NCBI GenBank assembly: GCA_038727095.1
Contig: JAVYWK010000008.1
Span: 1 to 64,000, forward strand
Direction of reading: 5' to 3'
DNA: 64,000 nucleotides
Origin: Thermofilaceae archaeon
GTDB lineage: Archaea; Thermoproteota; Thermoprotei; Thermofilales; Thermofilaceae
Shown here: piece after piece, positions 1 to 9,400 of the stretch
Numbering within the stretch: the first letter of the stretch is position 1
How the letters are laid out: each line of letters opens with the position of its first letter
The notes under the pieces: model-generated
What the model was told of the DNA's origin: nothing
Database searches by the model: none
What the model saw: the letters and a program-made list of their open reading frames with translations, nothing else
Position numbers and translations under genes: made by a program

Positions 1-1662
1 TTCGACTTCGGCCAGAACATGGCTGGCTGGGCGAGAATCAGGGTGAGAGGGCCTAGAGGGGTGAGGGTCCAGCTGCGTTACGCGGAGCTCATCGACGAGA
101 GGGGAAACCTGGACACTAGGAACCTGAGGGGCGCTAAGGCTACGGACGTCTACGTGCTGAAGGGGGAGGGGGTTGAGGTCTACGAGCCCCGCTTCACCTA
201 CCACGGCTTCCGCTACGTCGAAGTGACGGGCTACCCCGGTGTCCCCTCGCTTGACGACGTAGAGGCGGTAGTGGTGCACAGCGACGTGGAGCCTGCGGGA
301 GGGCTGGCGACATCGTGCGAGCTCGTCAACGACATCCACAGGATCGTCCTGTGGTCGATCAAGTCCAACCTGATGGGGGTGCCAACCGACTGCCCCCAGC
401 GGGACGAGCGGATGGGCTGGGGTGGGGACGCGCAGCTGACGGCGGAGGCCGCGATGCTGAACTTCTGGATGCCCGGCTTCTACGAGAAGTGGCTGGAGGA
501 TTGGCTCGACGCCCAGCTGGAGGACGGCAGCTTGCCTGACGTCGTACCCCCGTACTGGAGGCTGTACCCCGCCGACCCCGCCTGGGGCGAGGCGTACGTG
601 GTCATCCCGTGGCTCCTCTACACTTTCTACGGCGACCGGCTCGTCCTAGAGCGTCACTACGAGGGGGTGAGGAAGTGGGTCGAGTTCCTCCTCGCGAAGG
701 CCGAGAACTACGTGCTGAGGTTCAGCAAGTACGGCGACTGGTGCCCGCCACGCCGAATTAAGGCTCTCGAGATACCGGGCGAGCTGGTCTCCTCCTGGGT
801 CCTATACAACGACTTGAGGCTCCTGAGCCAGTGGGCCGGCGAGCTGGGTAAGCAGGACGACGCGAGGAAGTACGCGGAGCTGGCCGATAGGGTGGCAGAG
901 GCGTTTAACCGAGAGTTCCTGCGGGAGAACCGCTACTACGTCTCGCCGGGCTGCCAGACCTGCAACGCGCTGCCGCTGGCCTCCGGCATCACCCCCGAAA
1001 ACCTGAGGGGAGCGATCTTCGAGGCGCTCGTGAGAGACGTGGAGGTGGAGAAGGATCGGCACCTGGACACAGGGATCGTGGGAACGAAGTACCTGCTACC
1101 CGTGCTCTCCGAGTACGGCCGGCCCGACCTCGCCTACGCCGTGGCCACGCAGACGAGCTACCCGAGCTGGGGCTACATGATCAGGGAAGGAGCTACCACG
1201 CTGTGGGAGCGCTGGGAGCTGCTGAAGGGCGGCGCGATGAACAGCCACAACCACCACATGTTCGGGACCGTCGACATCTACTTCTACAGGTACCTGGCCG
1301 GAGTCCGGCCGCTCGAGCCCGGCTTCCGCGAGTTCGCGGTAAAGCCGGACCCCGTCGGGCCGGAAAGGGTCTCGGCTTCGGTAAGGGCTTTAACTGGCTC
1401 GATCCAAATCGAATTGAGCCGAAGCCAGGGCGTCACCGTGCTGAAGGTGCACGTACCCGTGGGCTCCAGCGCGCTCATCTACGTCCCCACCCACGGCTTG
1501 AGTAAGCCAGTGGTCCTGGAGAGCGGGAGGGTCGTTTGGAGGAGCGGGGAACCTCTGGAGCTCACAGAGGGGGTTGAAAGGGCTTGGGCTGGGGGAGAGT
1601 ACGCGGTCTTCAAAGTCGGGTCGGGAACCTACGTTTTCGAGGCTCGGAGCACTGAACTATAA
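1..1662 (+). CDS. alpha-L-rhamnosidase (GH78), 5'-truncated by the window edge
   Basis: Frame is open from base 1 (FDFGQNMAGW). GH78 motifs PRFTYHGFRY, DCPQRDERMGWGGD, ATTLWERWE and SHNHHMFG. Confidence 0.9.
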   Translation, partial: FDFGQNMAGWARIRVRGPRGVRVQLRYAELIDERGNLDTRNLRGAKATDVYVLKGEGVEVYEPRFTYHGFRYVEVTGYPGVPSLDDVEAVVVHSDVEPAGGLATSCELVNDIHRIVLWSIKSNLMGVPTDCPQRDERMGWGGDAQLTAEAAMLNFWMPGFYEKWLEDWLDAQLEDGSLPDVVPPYWRLYPADPAWGEAYVVIPWLLYTFYGDRLVLERHYEGVRKWVEFLLAKAENYVLRFSKYGDWCPPRRIKALEIPGELVSSWVLYNDLRLLSQWAGELGKQDDARKYAELADRVAEAFNREFLRENRYYVSPGCQTCNALPLASGITPENLRGAIFEALVRDVEVEKDRHLDTGIVGTKYLLPVLSEYGRPDLAYAVATQTSYPSWGYMIREGATTLWERWELLKGGAMNSHNHHMFGTVDIYFYRYLAGVRPLEPGFREFAVKPDPVGPERVSASVRALTGSIQIELSRSQGVTVLKVHVPVGSSALIYVPTHGLSKPVVLESGRVVWRSGEPLELTEGVERAWAGGEYAVFKVGSGTYVFEARSTEL

Positions 1663-1704
1663 GCTTAATTTCTACTCCCCAACCGTACTTTCGGGGGATG
1701 AAGT

Positions 1705-2337
1705 TTGTACGCCAGCAGGGGAAAAGGTGACCGGAGCCGCTCCCGTGGACCCTCAGCCGCATCGTTCCTCGTTCTGGGACTCATTCTCGGGGTCATCATC
1801 GGCGCTGCCGGCGCCTTCATCGCCTTGCGGATGGTTGTCCCGTTCCTGGCGTCTGGGCAGGCCCAGTTCACCGTGGAGCTGCTCCCAAACAAGGCTTACT
1901 TCGAAAGGGTTTCCAAGCTGATCGGGAGGGCCGAGAAGAGCGTGTACGTCGTCATGTTCGTCATGAAGTACGACCCAAGGGAAAGCCCGGAGAGGGATCC
2001 GGCGAACGCGCTCATCGAGCTTCTGGTGGACGCGAGGAACAGGGGGTTGGACGTGCGCGTAGTGGTGGACGATACCACGAGGCAGAGCTACCCGGAAACA
2101 ATCGAGTACCTTAAGTCGAAAGGGGTTCCTGTGCGCCTCGACCCGAAGGCCGGCGTTACGACGCACGCCAAGATCGTGGTCGTGGACGGCAAGTGCTCGG
2201 TCATTGGGAGCCACAACTGGACAGAGTCCGCCCTTTCGAGCAACAACGAGTTCTCCGTCCTACTATGCTCGAAGGATTTTGCAGGGGAGGTTGAGGGCTA
2301 CTTCATGGAGCTCTGGGAGCAGGGCCGGCCAGCCTAA
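1705..2337 (+). CDS. membrane-anchored phospholipase D/Nuc-like protein with a single HKD motif
   Basis: N-terminal hydrophobic helix; HAKIVVVD...GSHNWT motif. Confidence 0.8.
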   Translation: MYASRGKGDRSRSRGPSAASFLVLGLILGVIIGAAGAFIALRMVVPFLASGQAQFTVELLPNKAYFERVSKLIGRAEKSVYVVMFVMKYDPRESPERDPANALIELLVDARNRGLDVRVVVDDTTRQSYPETIEYLKSKGVPVRLDPKAGVTTHAKIVVVDGKCSVIGSHNWTESALSSNNEFSVLLCSKDFAGEVEGYFMELWEQGRPA

Positions 2338-2507
2338 CTCTTAGTGGTGAACTCGTACCCGCAAGCGGGGCACTTGACGTACTCGCAGCTGAAGCTCGCC
2401 ATGTAGCATCCGCTGCAGGCGAAGGCTCGCGAGTACGATACGCTGAAGCGGTGGCCGCACTGTGGGCATCGCACAACGTCCCCGCGGCCCCTGATTCTCA
2501 AGGCCAC
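2334..2507 (-). CDS. small Cys-rich zinc-finger protein, 57 aa (not in ORF track)
   Basis: Hand translation GTG..TAG: MALRIRGRGDVVRCPQCGHRFSVSYSRAFACSGCYMASFSCEYVKCPACGYEFTTKS, with CPxCG, CxxC and CPxCG motifs. Confidence 0.75.
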   Translation of the reverse strand: MALRIRGRGDVVRCPQCGHRFSVSYSRAFACSGCYMASFSCEYVKCPACGYEFTTKS

Positions 2508-2544
2508 AGCGGCTCAGCCTTTCAGCCACGTAAAAACCTTGTGT

Positions 2545-3669
2545 TTATGCCTGCCGGATAACGGTCTCAGCCGGATGCTTTTCGATCGCTAGCTTTACAA
2601 GTTCATCCATCATTCTGTCCACGTCGCTGCGGGCGTAGCCAAGTACCCTCCGCTCCTCCACCACAATTCTACCACCGACCGCTACGAAGCTCGGCTCGGC
2701 CTCTCCCCTCATCACCCTCTCAAGGGGTTCGTCGAAGCCGACCCAATCCCCATCCCAGGGCACCCCGTAGACCTGGTAGCCCCCCCAAGTGGCCTTCGCG
2801 AGCAGGAGGCCCGCGTGCTCTTCCCCGTGGACCCTTACCGCCCCCCTGTAGGCCGAGAGGGCACTGCCGAGCAGGAGGGGCCAGTCGCTGCCCAGCGCGT
2901 CTACCTTGGTGGGGTCAACCAGGGTTCTCCCGTACAGCCTCAGGTTGGAGAGGGGGCAGTGCACCACCCTGATCCCGTACCTCTTGAAGTCGCCGTCGAC
3001 GATGCAGTGGACCGCGATTATGCCGCTGTCCTCCCCCTCCCTTAAGCCGAGGAGGGTGACAAGCTGGTGAAGCTCGTCCAAACCCTCGTTGAGGTGGAGT
3101 CCGAAGGGGAGGTTGAAGCTCCTCGCCGTGACGTAGGCCGCTCTTAGGGCTTTGGACGAGACACCTCCGATGGAGTGGACGAAGAGCCCCATCGGGACGC
3201 GGCTGTCGAGGTGGGAGAGCGATATCACCAGGTTCGCCGCGCTCCAGGTTGTTGGCCAACCCCTAATTACGTCGAGGATCGTGGGCATCACGACGACCCT
3301 CGGCTTGACCGGCATCCTCCTGTAGGCTAGGAGGTTCGCCTCGGCTCTACCCACCAGCGCCATCAGGGTCACGCCCTCGAGGAGGGCTCTAAGCATCGAA
3401 GCCTCGGCCAGCCTCGATGACAAGTCGATGTCGGCCCTCAGCGCGGCCTCGTCCACCCTTAGCCTGCGCTTACTCATCCACTCGTACGAGTTGCTCCACA
3501 ACCCCTCGCCGACGTCCACGACCTGAGGGTGAGCGTGAGCATCGGCGAAGCCCGGCGCGATTGCCGTCTCTACGTACAGCGAGCCCGCCCCTCCGAGCTT
3601 CAATCTCGCCCTCTCCCTCACGCCCTCGGGGGTTAGGAGAGTCCCCACTTCAACGTCCATCACAGCCAC
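2545..3669 (-). CDS. metal-dependent amidohydrolase (nucleoside/purine deaminase-like)
   Basis: PGFADAHAH (HxH), HLNEG, HC, HCPLSN and LGSD motifs; overlaps the guaB stop. Confidence 0.75.
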   Translation of the reverse strand: MAVMDVEVGTLLTPEGVRERARLKLGGAGSLYVETAIAPGFADAHAHPQVVDVGEGLWSNSYEWMSKRRLRVDEAALRADIDLSSRLAEASMLRALLEGVTLMALVGRAEANLLAYRRMPVKPRVVVMPTILDVIRGWPTTWSAANLVISLSHLDSRVPMGLFVHSIGGVSSKALRAAYVTARSFNLPFGLHLNEGLDELHQLVTLLGLREGEDSGIIAVHCIVDGDFKRYGIRVVHCPLSNLRLYGRTLVDPTKVDALGSDWPLLLGSALSAYRGAVRVHGEEHAGLLLAKATWGGYQVYGVPWDGDWVGFDEPLERVMRGEAEPSFVAVGGRIVVEERRVLGYARSDVDRMMDELVKLAIEKHPAETVIRQA

Positions 3670-4709
3670 CGAGTCACGATCATGCCCCTCGGCGAGCTCT
3701 CGTAGAGCCCAGCCTCGGTGATCCTGACGAACACAGCTTTCCTCCTCAGCTCGTCCAGGCTCTTAGCCCCGACGTAGCCCATCCCCTGTTTGAGCGCGTT
3801 CACTAGCACGTCCACCACCCGCTCCACCGGGCCCCTGTACTCGACGTAGCCCTCCACCCCCTCTGGGACGCGCTTGAAGGAGCCGTAGCGCGCCGAACCC
3901 GAGGCTAGGGCTCCCCTGCTCCCCATGCCCCTGTAGGGCTTGTACTTCTTCCCCTCTATCTCCACGACGTCGCCGGGCGCTTCATCCGTGCCCGCCAGCA
4001 GGTATCCCAGCATAACCGCGTCAGCCCCCGCAGCCAGCGCTTTGACCACGTGAGCGGGCTTCTCGATGCCACCATCTGCGACAACTCCCACCCCAGCCTC
4101 GCGGGCGACCTCAGCCACCCAGGAGATCGCAGTGAGCTGGGGTACTCCAACGCCGGCCACCTCCCTGGTTGTGCAGGCGTGGCCGCTGCCGATCCCCACG
4201 CGGAGGGCTTCCGCACCAGCGTCGATCAGAGCCCTAGCTGCTTCGCCCGTGACGATGTTCCCCGACATCACTTCCACACCGTAGTCCTTGTACCTGCGCG
4301 TCGCCTCGATGACGTTGCGGCTATGCCCGTGCGCCGAGTCCACCACGATCATGCTCACCCCCGCGTCAACGAGGGCCTTCACCCTCTCATCGTCGAAGGG
4401 GCCGACCGCAGCCGCTATTGGTAGTCCGCGCTCGCGGGCTTCTCGCACCACCGATACCGCAGCCGAGGTTTCCAAGTTCCTCGGGAGGACCCCCAACCCT
4501 CCGAGCTCCGCCAGCCTCAGTGCCATCTCCCTGCCAGTAACGGTGTCCATGGGAGAGCTGATGATCGGTATCCGGAGCCTCAGCCGCCTCGAGACTCTCG
4601 TGCTGACGTCGATCTCGTCGAGGTTCACGTCCGAGTACTGGGGGACGAGCAGCACATCGTCTAGGCTCAGAGCTAGGGGGGCGCGCTCGAGCTTCTCCTT
4701 CCAGGCCAT
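3660..4709 (-). CDS. guaB: IMP dehydrogenase without CBS domains
   Basis: DDVLLVP, SSPMDTVT, VDSAHGHS, catalytic-Cys loop GSGHACTTR, ADGG, YRGMGS, RY flap, VPEGVEG. Start placed at ATG 4709. Confidence 0.85.
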   Translation of the reverse strand: MAWKEKLERAPLALSLDDVLLVPQYSDVNLDEIDVSTRVSRRLRLRIPIISSPMDTVTGREMALRLAELGGLGVLPRNLETSAAVSVVREARERGLPIAAAVGPFDDERVKALVDAGVSMIVVDSAHGHSRNVIEATRRYKDYGVEVMSGNIVTGEAARALIDAGAEALRVGIGSGHACTTREVAGVGVPQLTAISWVAEVAREAGVGVVADGGIEKPAHVVKALAAGADAVMLGYLLAGTDEAPGDVVEIEGKKYKPYRGMGSRGALASGSARYGSFKRVPEGVEGYVEYRGPVERVVDVLVNALKQGMGYVGAKSLDELRRKAVFVRITEAGLYESSPRGMIVTRWL

Positions 4710-4785
4710 TGCCCCACACCCCTGGAACCCGGTTGTTAAGCCGGCTCTCAGTATTCTATAAATACCCATCCCTTTTCTATTTACT

Positions 4786-5748
4786 ATGGCTTCACGCGTT
4801 TACGTGAGGAGGGTCCAGCAGGTTGGGTACTCCACTCTGGCTGTCGCGCTCCCGAAAAAGTGGGCCGTGAGGGTGGGCTTAGGTAAGGGGTCTAAGGTAG
4901 CAATCGAGGAGCTCCCAGACGGTTCTCTCCTAGTTAAGCCGGGTGGGGTGGGCGGAAGTGCTGGAGGGAGCGTGGTGGCCGAGCTTAACCTGCCCGATGG
5001 GAGCGAGGCTGAGGTGGAGAGGGGGATCATCGCGCTGTACGAGGCCGGCTACGACGTCATGAGGGTGACTGCACCGAACTCGGCGCTGAGGGCCGTACAC
5101 AGGATCGTGAGGAGGCTGAGCGGCGTTGAGGTGATCTCCGAGAGCACGGGTTCCGTAACCCTCGGGGTGGTGCTCGATCACGCCAGCTTGAGCTTCGAGA
5201 GGATCCTTTCCAGGATGGCTGAGCTGGTGCAGCTCTCTCTAGACGATTTAGCCGCTTACTCGAAGAGTGGGGGTATAGAGCTGCTAGGAAGGGTTGTTGA
5301 GAGGGATGATGAGCTCGACAAGTTCTACTTCCTGCTAGTCCGCCAGTCCTCGATTTGCCTCCGCGAACCCCACTTAGCCCGGGAGCTGGGGCTTAGGGGG
5401 GCAGCTGACATACACCCCCTGCTGCACTACGGGAAGACGCTGGAGAGGATGGGCGACATCCTCACACAGCTGGCCATGTACTTGAGCGAGTACGGCGAGC
5501 GGTTGGATGCGAACCTGTTCCATGCTCTAAAAAGGGCTTTCCAGCTCGCAGTTGACGCTTTCAACACCGGCGATCTGCCGGCCGCGAGGGAGCTCACGCT
5601 GCTCTACGCGAACTTCTTCTCCAGCTACGAGCCGGCCCGCATCCTCGGAAGCGTGCCGCTAGCTCTCATCACGAACTTTCTCGCGCTCTGCCTCGACGCG
5701 CTCGACAGTAGAGTTGAGCTGGAGGCCGCGAGAAAATCTATAAGCTAG
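4786..5748 (+). CDS. AbrB-domain/PhoU-domain regulator (phosphate uptake regulator family)
   Basis: RRVQQVGYSTLAVALPKKW AbrB N-terminus; ERDDELDKFYFL and LERMGD PhoU motifs. Confidence 0.8.
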   Translation: MASRVYVRRVQQVGYSTLAVALPKKWAVRVGLGKGSKVAIEELPDGSLLVKPGGVGGSAGGSVVAELNLPDGSEAEVERGIIALYEAGYDVMRVTAPNSALRAVHRIVRRLSGVEVISESTGSVTLGVVLDHASLSFERILSRMAELVQLSLDDLAAYSKSGGIELLGRVVERDDELDKFYFLLVRQSSICLREPHLARELGLRGAADIHPLLHYGKTLERMGDILTQLAMYLSEYGERLDANLFHALKRAFQLAVDAFNTGDLPAARELTLLYANFFSSYEPARILGSVPLALITNFLALCLDALDSRVELEAARKSIS

Positions 5749-5764
5749 GTACGGGGAGAGACGC

Positions 5765-6457
5765 GTGTCCTGGAAGGACGTTGCTGCGAGGATGCTCGAA
5801 TCCTCCGGCGCGCGCGTAGAAGAGGATCAAAGGGGGCTTAGGGTCACTATCTCCGATGCGAGCCTTTTGGTCCTCCTGAGGAGGCTCCAAATGAGCTTGG
5901 ATAGGAAGATCGAGGTTATCGGCATCTTCGAAGTTGAGGCGGACTGCCGCCCGCTCGGAGACGCTCTCAGAAGGATGCTATCGTGGTCCTTTGAGGTGGA
6001 GCTTAAAGGGCTAGTGCGTAAATCGTTCGTGTGGAAGCCGTGGAGGGAGCTGAGGATGCTCGAACGCGTTGTAGGATCGCTCGACTACGACCCCTCTCTA
6101 GCATCCAACCTGAAGGGGCGCGCGAGCCTCATTGAATCCTTGCACGCAGCCTCCCCGAACCTTATCGAAGTGTTCCCGGAGCTTCTCCCCACCAGCTTCA
6201 TGGAAACATTCCTCGTTGCCTCGGGGGCTCCCATGTCTGCCTACATCGCCACGCTGATTAGAGAACATTTACGGGAGCCGGGTAGACTCGCCTGGTGCTA
6301 TAGAGCGCAGTTCCTCTACGGCTCGCCTAAGATGCCCCAGAAAATAGTGAAGAACTGCCAGCTGGCGGCTTTGTTTAAGCGGGTGCTGAGCGAGGCTACG
6401 ACGAAGCTGCTGCAATGTAGCGCCTCCTCTCCTGCGCGGGTAGGGAGCTCCACATGA
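5765..6457 (+). CDS. hypothetical protein
   Basis: 230-aa ORF 16 bp downstream of the PhoU-like gene on the same strand; no motif recognised. Confidence 0.6.
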   Translation: MSWKDVAARMLESSGARVEEDQRGLRVTISDASLLVLLRRLQMSLDRKIEVIGIFEVEADCRPLGDALRRMLSWSFEVELKGLVRKSFVWKPWRELRMLERVVGSLDYDPSLASNLKGRASLIESLHAASPNLIEVFPELLPTSFMETFLVASGAPMSAYIATLIREHLREPGRLAWCYRAQFLYGSPKMPQKIVKNCQLAALFKRVLSEATTKLLQCSASSPARVGSST

Positions 6458-9400
6458 GCATCTGCTTACGCAGATCGTCGATGAAGCGGTAGTTCCCATC
6501 GACCCAAGGCCTGTCGGGGCCGGACAGTCTCTTCAGGTGGACGAGGAACACGTGCCTGTTCGCACCCCTATCGTACAACGCCTCCACCGTCACGCTCTGC
6601 TGGACGCCCGCCTCAAGGGGCGCTAGAGCTACCACCATCGAGAGGCTTCTAGCCTGGTAGTCGGGCTTCGAAAGCTCCCTCACCACGTGGACACCCTCCT
6701 TCACCGCGCCCGCCCCGCTGTAGTACTCGTACAAGTAGGCGAGCACGCCGCGCGCTTCAGCTTCAGAGGGGACGCTCATGGGCAGCGGGATCTCCCACGC
6801 GTCACCTCTCGGCTTCGTCGGCGGCTTCCACTTCCTCTCCAGCGAAGGCGTGATGAGGCGGGCTGCCAGGTAGGATGGGTAGGCGACCGCGGCGAGAGCA
6901 GCCCCCATGATGGCAAGCGACCCAACTATGGTGAAAGCTGATGCAAAGTTGAAGATGTGCTGCGGTGGGAGAGCGCCGAGCCCCATCATGGCGGCCGTAG
7001 TGAGGTACCCCAGCAAGTAGCCGAGGACGATGCCGACAGTTACGTAGACCAAGACCTCTGCGACGAAGAAGACCGTGATGCCCACCGGCGATAATCCGAC
7101 GGCGCTCAAGACGTAGATCTCCCTGGTCCTCTCCTTGAGGTTGCCCAGCACCATGATGGCTACGTTGAGGGATCCGATGATCAACAGGGTCACGACCATC
7201 TCCCAGCCGCCGACGGCGATCGTGGTGAACGTTGAGGAGGTGTAGGGTTGACCGTTGTCGGCGAACCACAGCGTCGTGTCTAGACCGTAAGCTAGCTCGC
7301 GCACCGTGTTGAAGAGATCATCGAAGGAGGTCTTCTGCAAGGGCACAACGGCTATGCTGGCCACGTAGCCGTTCAGCTGAAGAGCCTTCCTGAAGGGCAC
7401 TATGATCACCCTTGAAACGCCGAGGTTGGGGGGAGACGCCCCCGCCTGCAGCGAGACGGCTATGTCCTTGGCGAGGGTTTGGAAGAACATCGGGTCGGCC
7501 GGCATAGAGTTGTAGCCATCCGCCTCCACGATCCTATCGAAAGCCTCGGGAGACTCAATGATCCCAGTGACGATGAACTCCTGCCCGAGAACGTAGATGC
7601 TTTCTCCCAGCGCCAAGCTGAGGTTCTGGGCGAGAGCCTTGGAGATAATGGCGTAGTTGCCGTCATCCGACAGTAGACCGGCGCCGCTGGTGAAGTTCGC
7701 GTAAAGCAGCCTGTACTCCGCGGCGGTTATTCCTACGATCGCGGCAATAGTGGCATTCACGCCCTTCTCGCTGACCACCCTAAAGGCTACTTGCGAAATG
7801 CCCCTATCGACTGGCGGGTACACCCAAGCCCTCGGTAGAACCGCGTAGCGAGAGCCTGCCATCACTGCTACCACGTTCACGACGTCTTTGTTCAGCGTGG
7901 CTGGCGGGACGCCGCGCCCGTTCTTCGCCAGGATTCCATCGATGGTCGCCTGGTAGCCGTGGCGGACGACGGGTAGCGTGACCCTCGTCGGCATCAGGGA
8001 GGTGAAGGATGTGAGGGCGATAGCCATCGCGATGATCGTGGCTAGCATCAGCGCGGTCCTCAAGGGCCTGCGCCTTATGTACTCGCTCCCCATCGAGAAA
8101 GCTGTGATCACCGTGTCCATCCTGCTGACTTCCGCCCTGTGAACGCCCAGCACCCTACGCTCTATAGCGCTACGGAGGGTCTCGCCCTCAGAGCCCAGCA
8201 TTACGAGCGTGATGAGCAGGATTATCGTGATCAGCGAACCTATGAGGCCCAGAGAGAGATTGCTGATTATCGCGAAGGATGGGTGTATCAGTGAGAAGAA
8301 CCAGATCAGCGCCGCCGCCACCGTAACCATCACAGCGATCCTGCGCACACCCTCGCTGTGGATGAAGACCTTCTCGATGAAGAAGGCAGCGAAGGCTGCC
8401 AGCGGGAACATGTAGAGCATTGAGCGGGCGGCGTCGTTTACCAGGGGCATCACATCGGTGATGTAGGCTTTATACGCGTAAGCTCTCGCCACGAGCGAGT
8501 AGGCGTACGCTTCACTGTACCTTCTGGCATTGAAGGCCCTCTCGGCTCTATCCAGGTACTCTCCTGCCTTGCTGAGCGCTTCGTCCGCGCTGGGGCTCCC
8601 CACGTGCCGCTCTAGGAATACCCTGTACCTGCCGTAGGAGACCAGGTAGAAGTCCTTTGCAGCCAAGTAAGCTGTGGCAGGGAGCCTTATGGTCTGTCCC
8701 GGCTTACCGGAGAAACCGTAACCTTCCGTGTTGTCCAGCGTGGAGTTTGTAAGGAGTATGATGGTATTTAGCGCGGCTCTTTCTCCCATTCCGTAGTAGC
8801 CGGCGATCACGAACCTGAGGTTCGGCTGAACCCAAACCAGGGCTACGTCCTCGAAGCCGTTGTAGTAGAAGCCGTAGCTGAGAGGTAGACTCTTGCTGAG
8901 CAGGTCGTACGGCTGCAGCACCGCGGGCGCCTGCCTCCACCAGTCGAAGTAGCTCGTCCTTGGGTCGGGCATGCTCGGCGTATTGAGAGTTGAGGGTATG
9001 TTGACGTCGAAGAGCTCGACACTCACGCACTCGGTTAGAACCACCGTCACGTTCGTGTACGGGTGGAGGACGTGGATTATGAGGGGGAAGTTCTGCATAC
9101 CGAACTGGCCGAGATCTGTGGCCATGATCACGTTCCCGGATTCGTCGAGCACCCACCCCCTGACGAACCACCTCGAGAAAGGTACAACGGTTCCACCGTA
9201 AGCCCCCCTACCCGCGTGTGGGATCCCGTACACCGTGAATCGGCCCTCGCTGTCCGCCCTGACGAAGATCTTATTGAGCTTGTACGTCGATGTTATGAGC
9301 TGCAGCTCCACAATCGCGCGGGGGACTGGGTCGTACCAGCCCTTTGTGAAGTTGTACGTGACGGCTCGCCCGTAGAAAACGGTGAAACCAGCGTAACCTC

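Noticed and set aside
2341-2529. 62-aa ORF in the track
   Set aside because: The overlapping frame 2334-2507 encodes a much more convincing Cys-motif protein.
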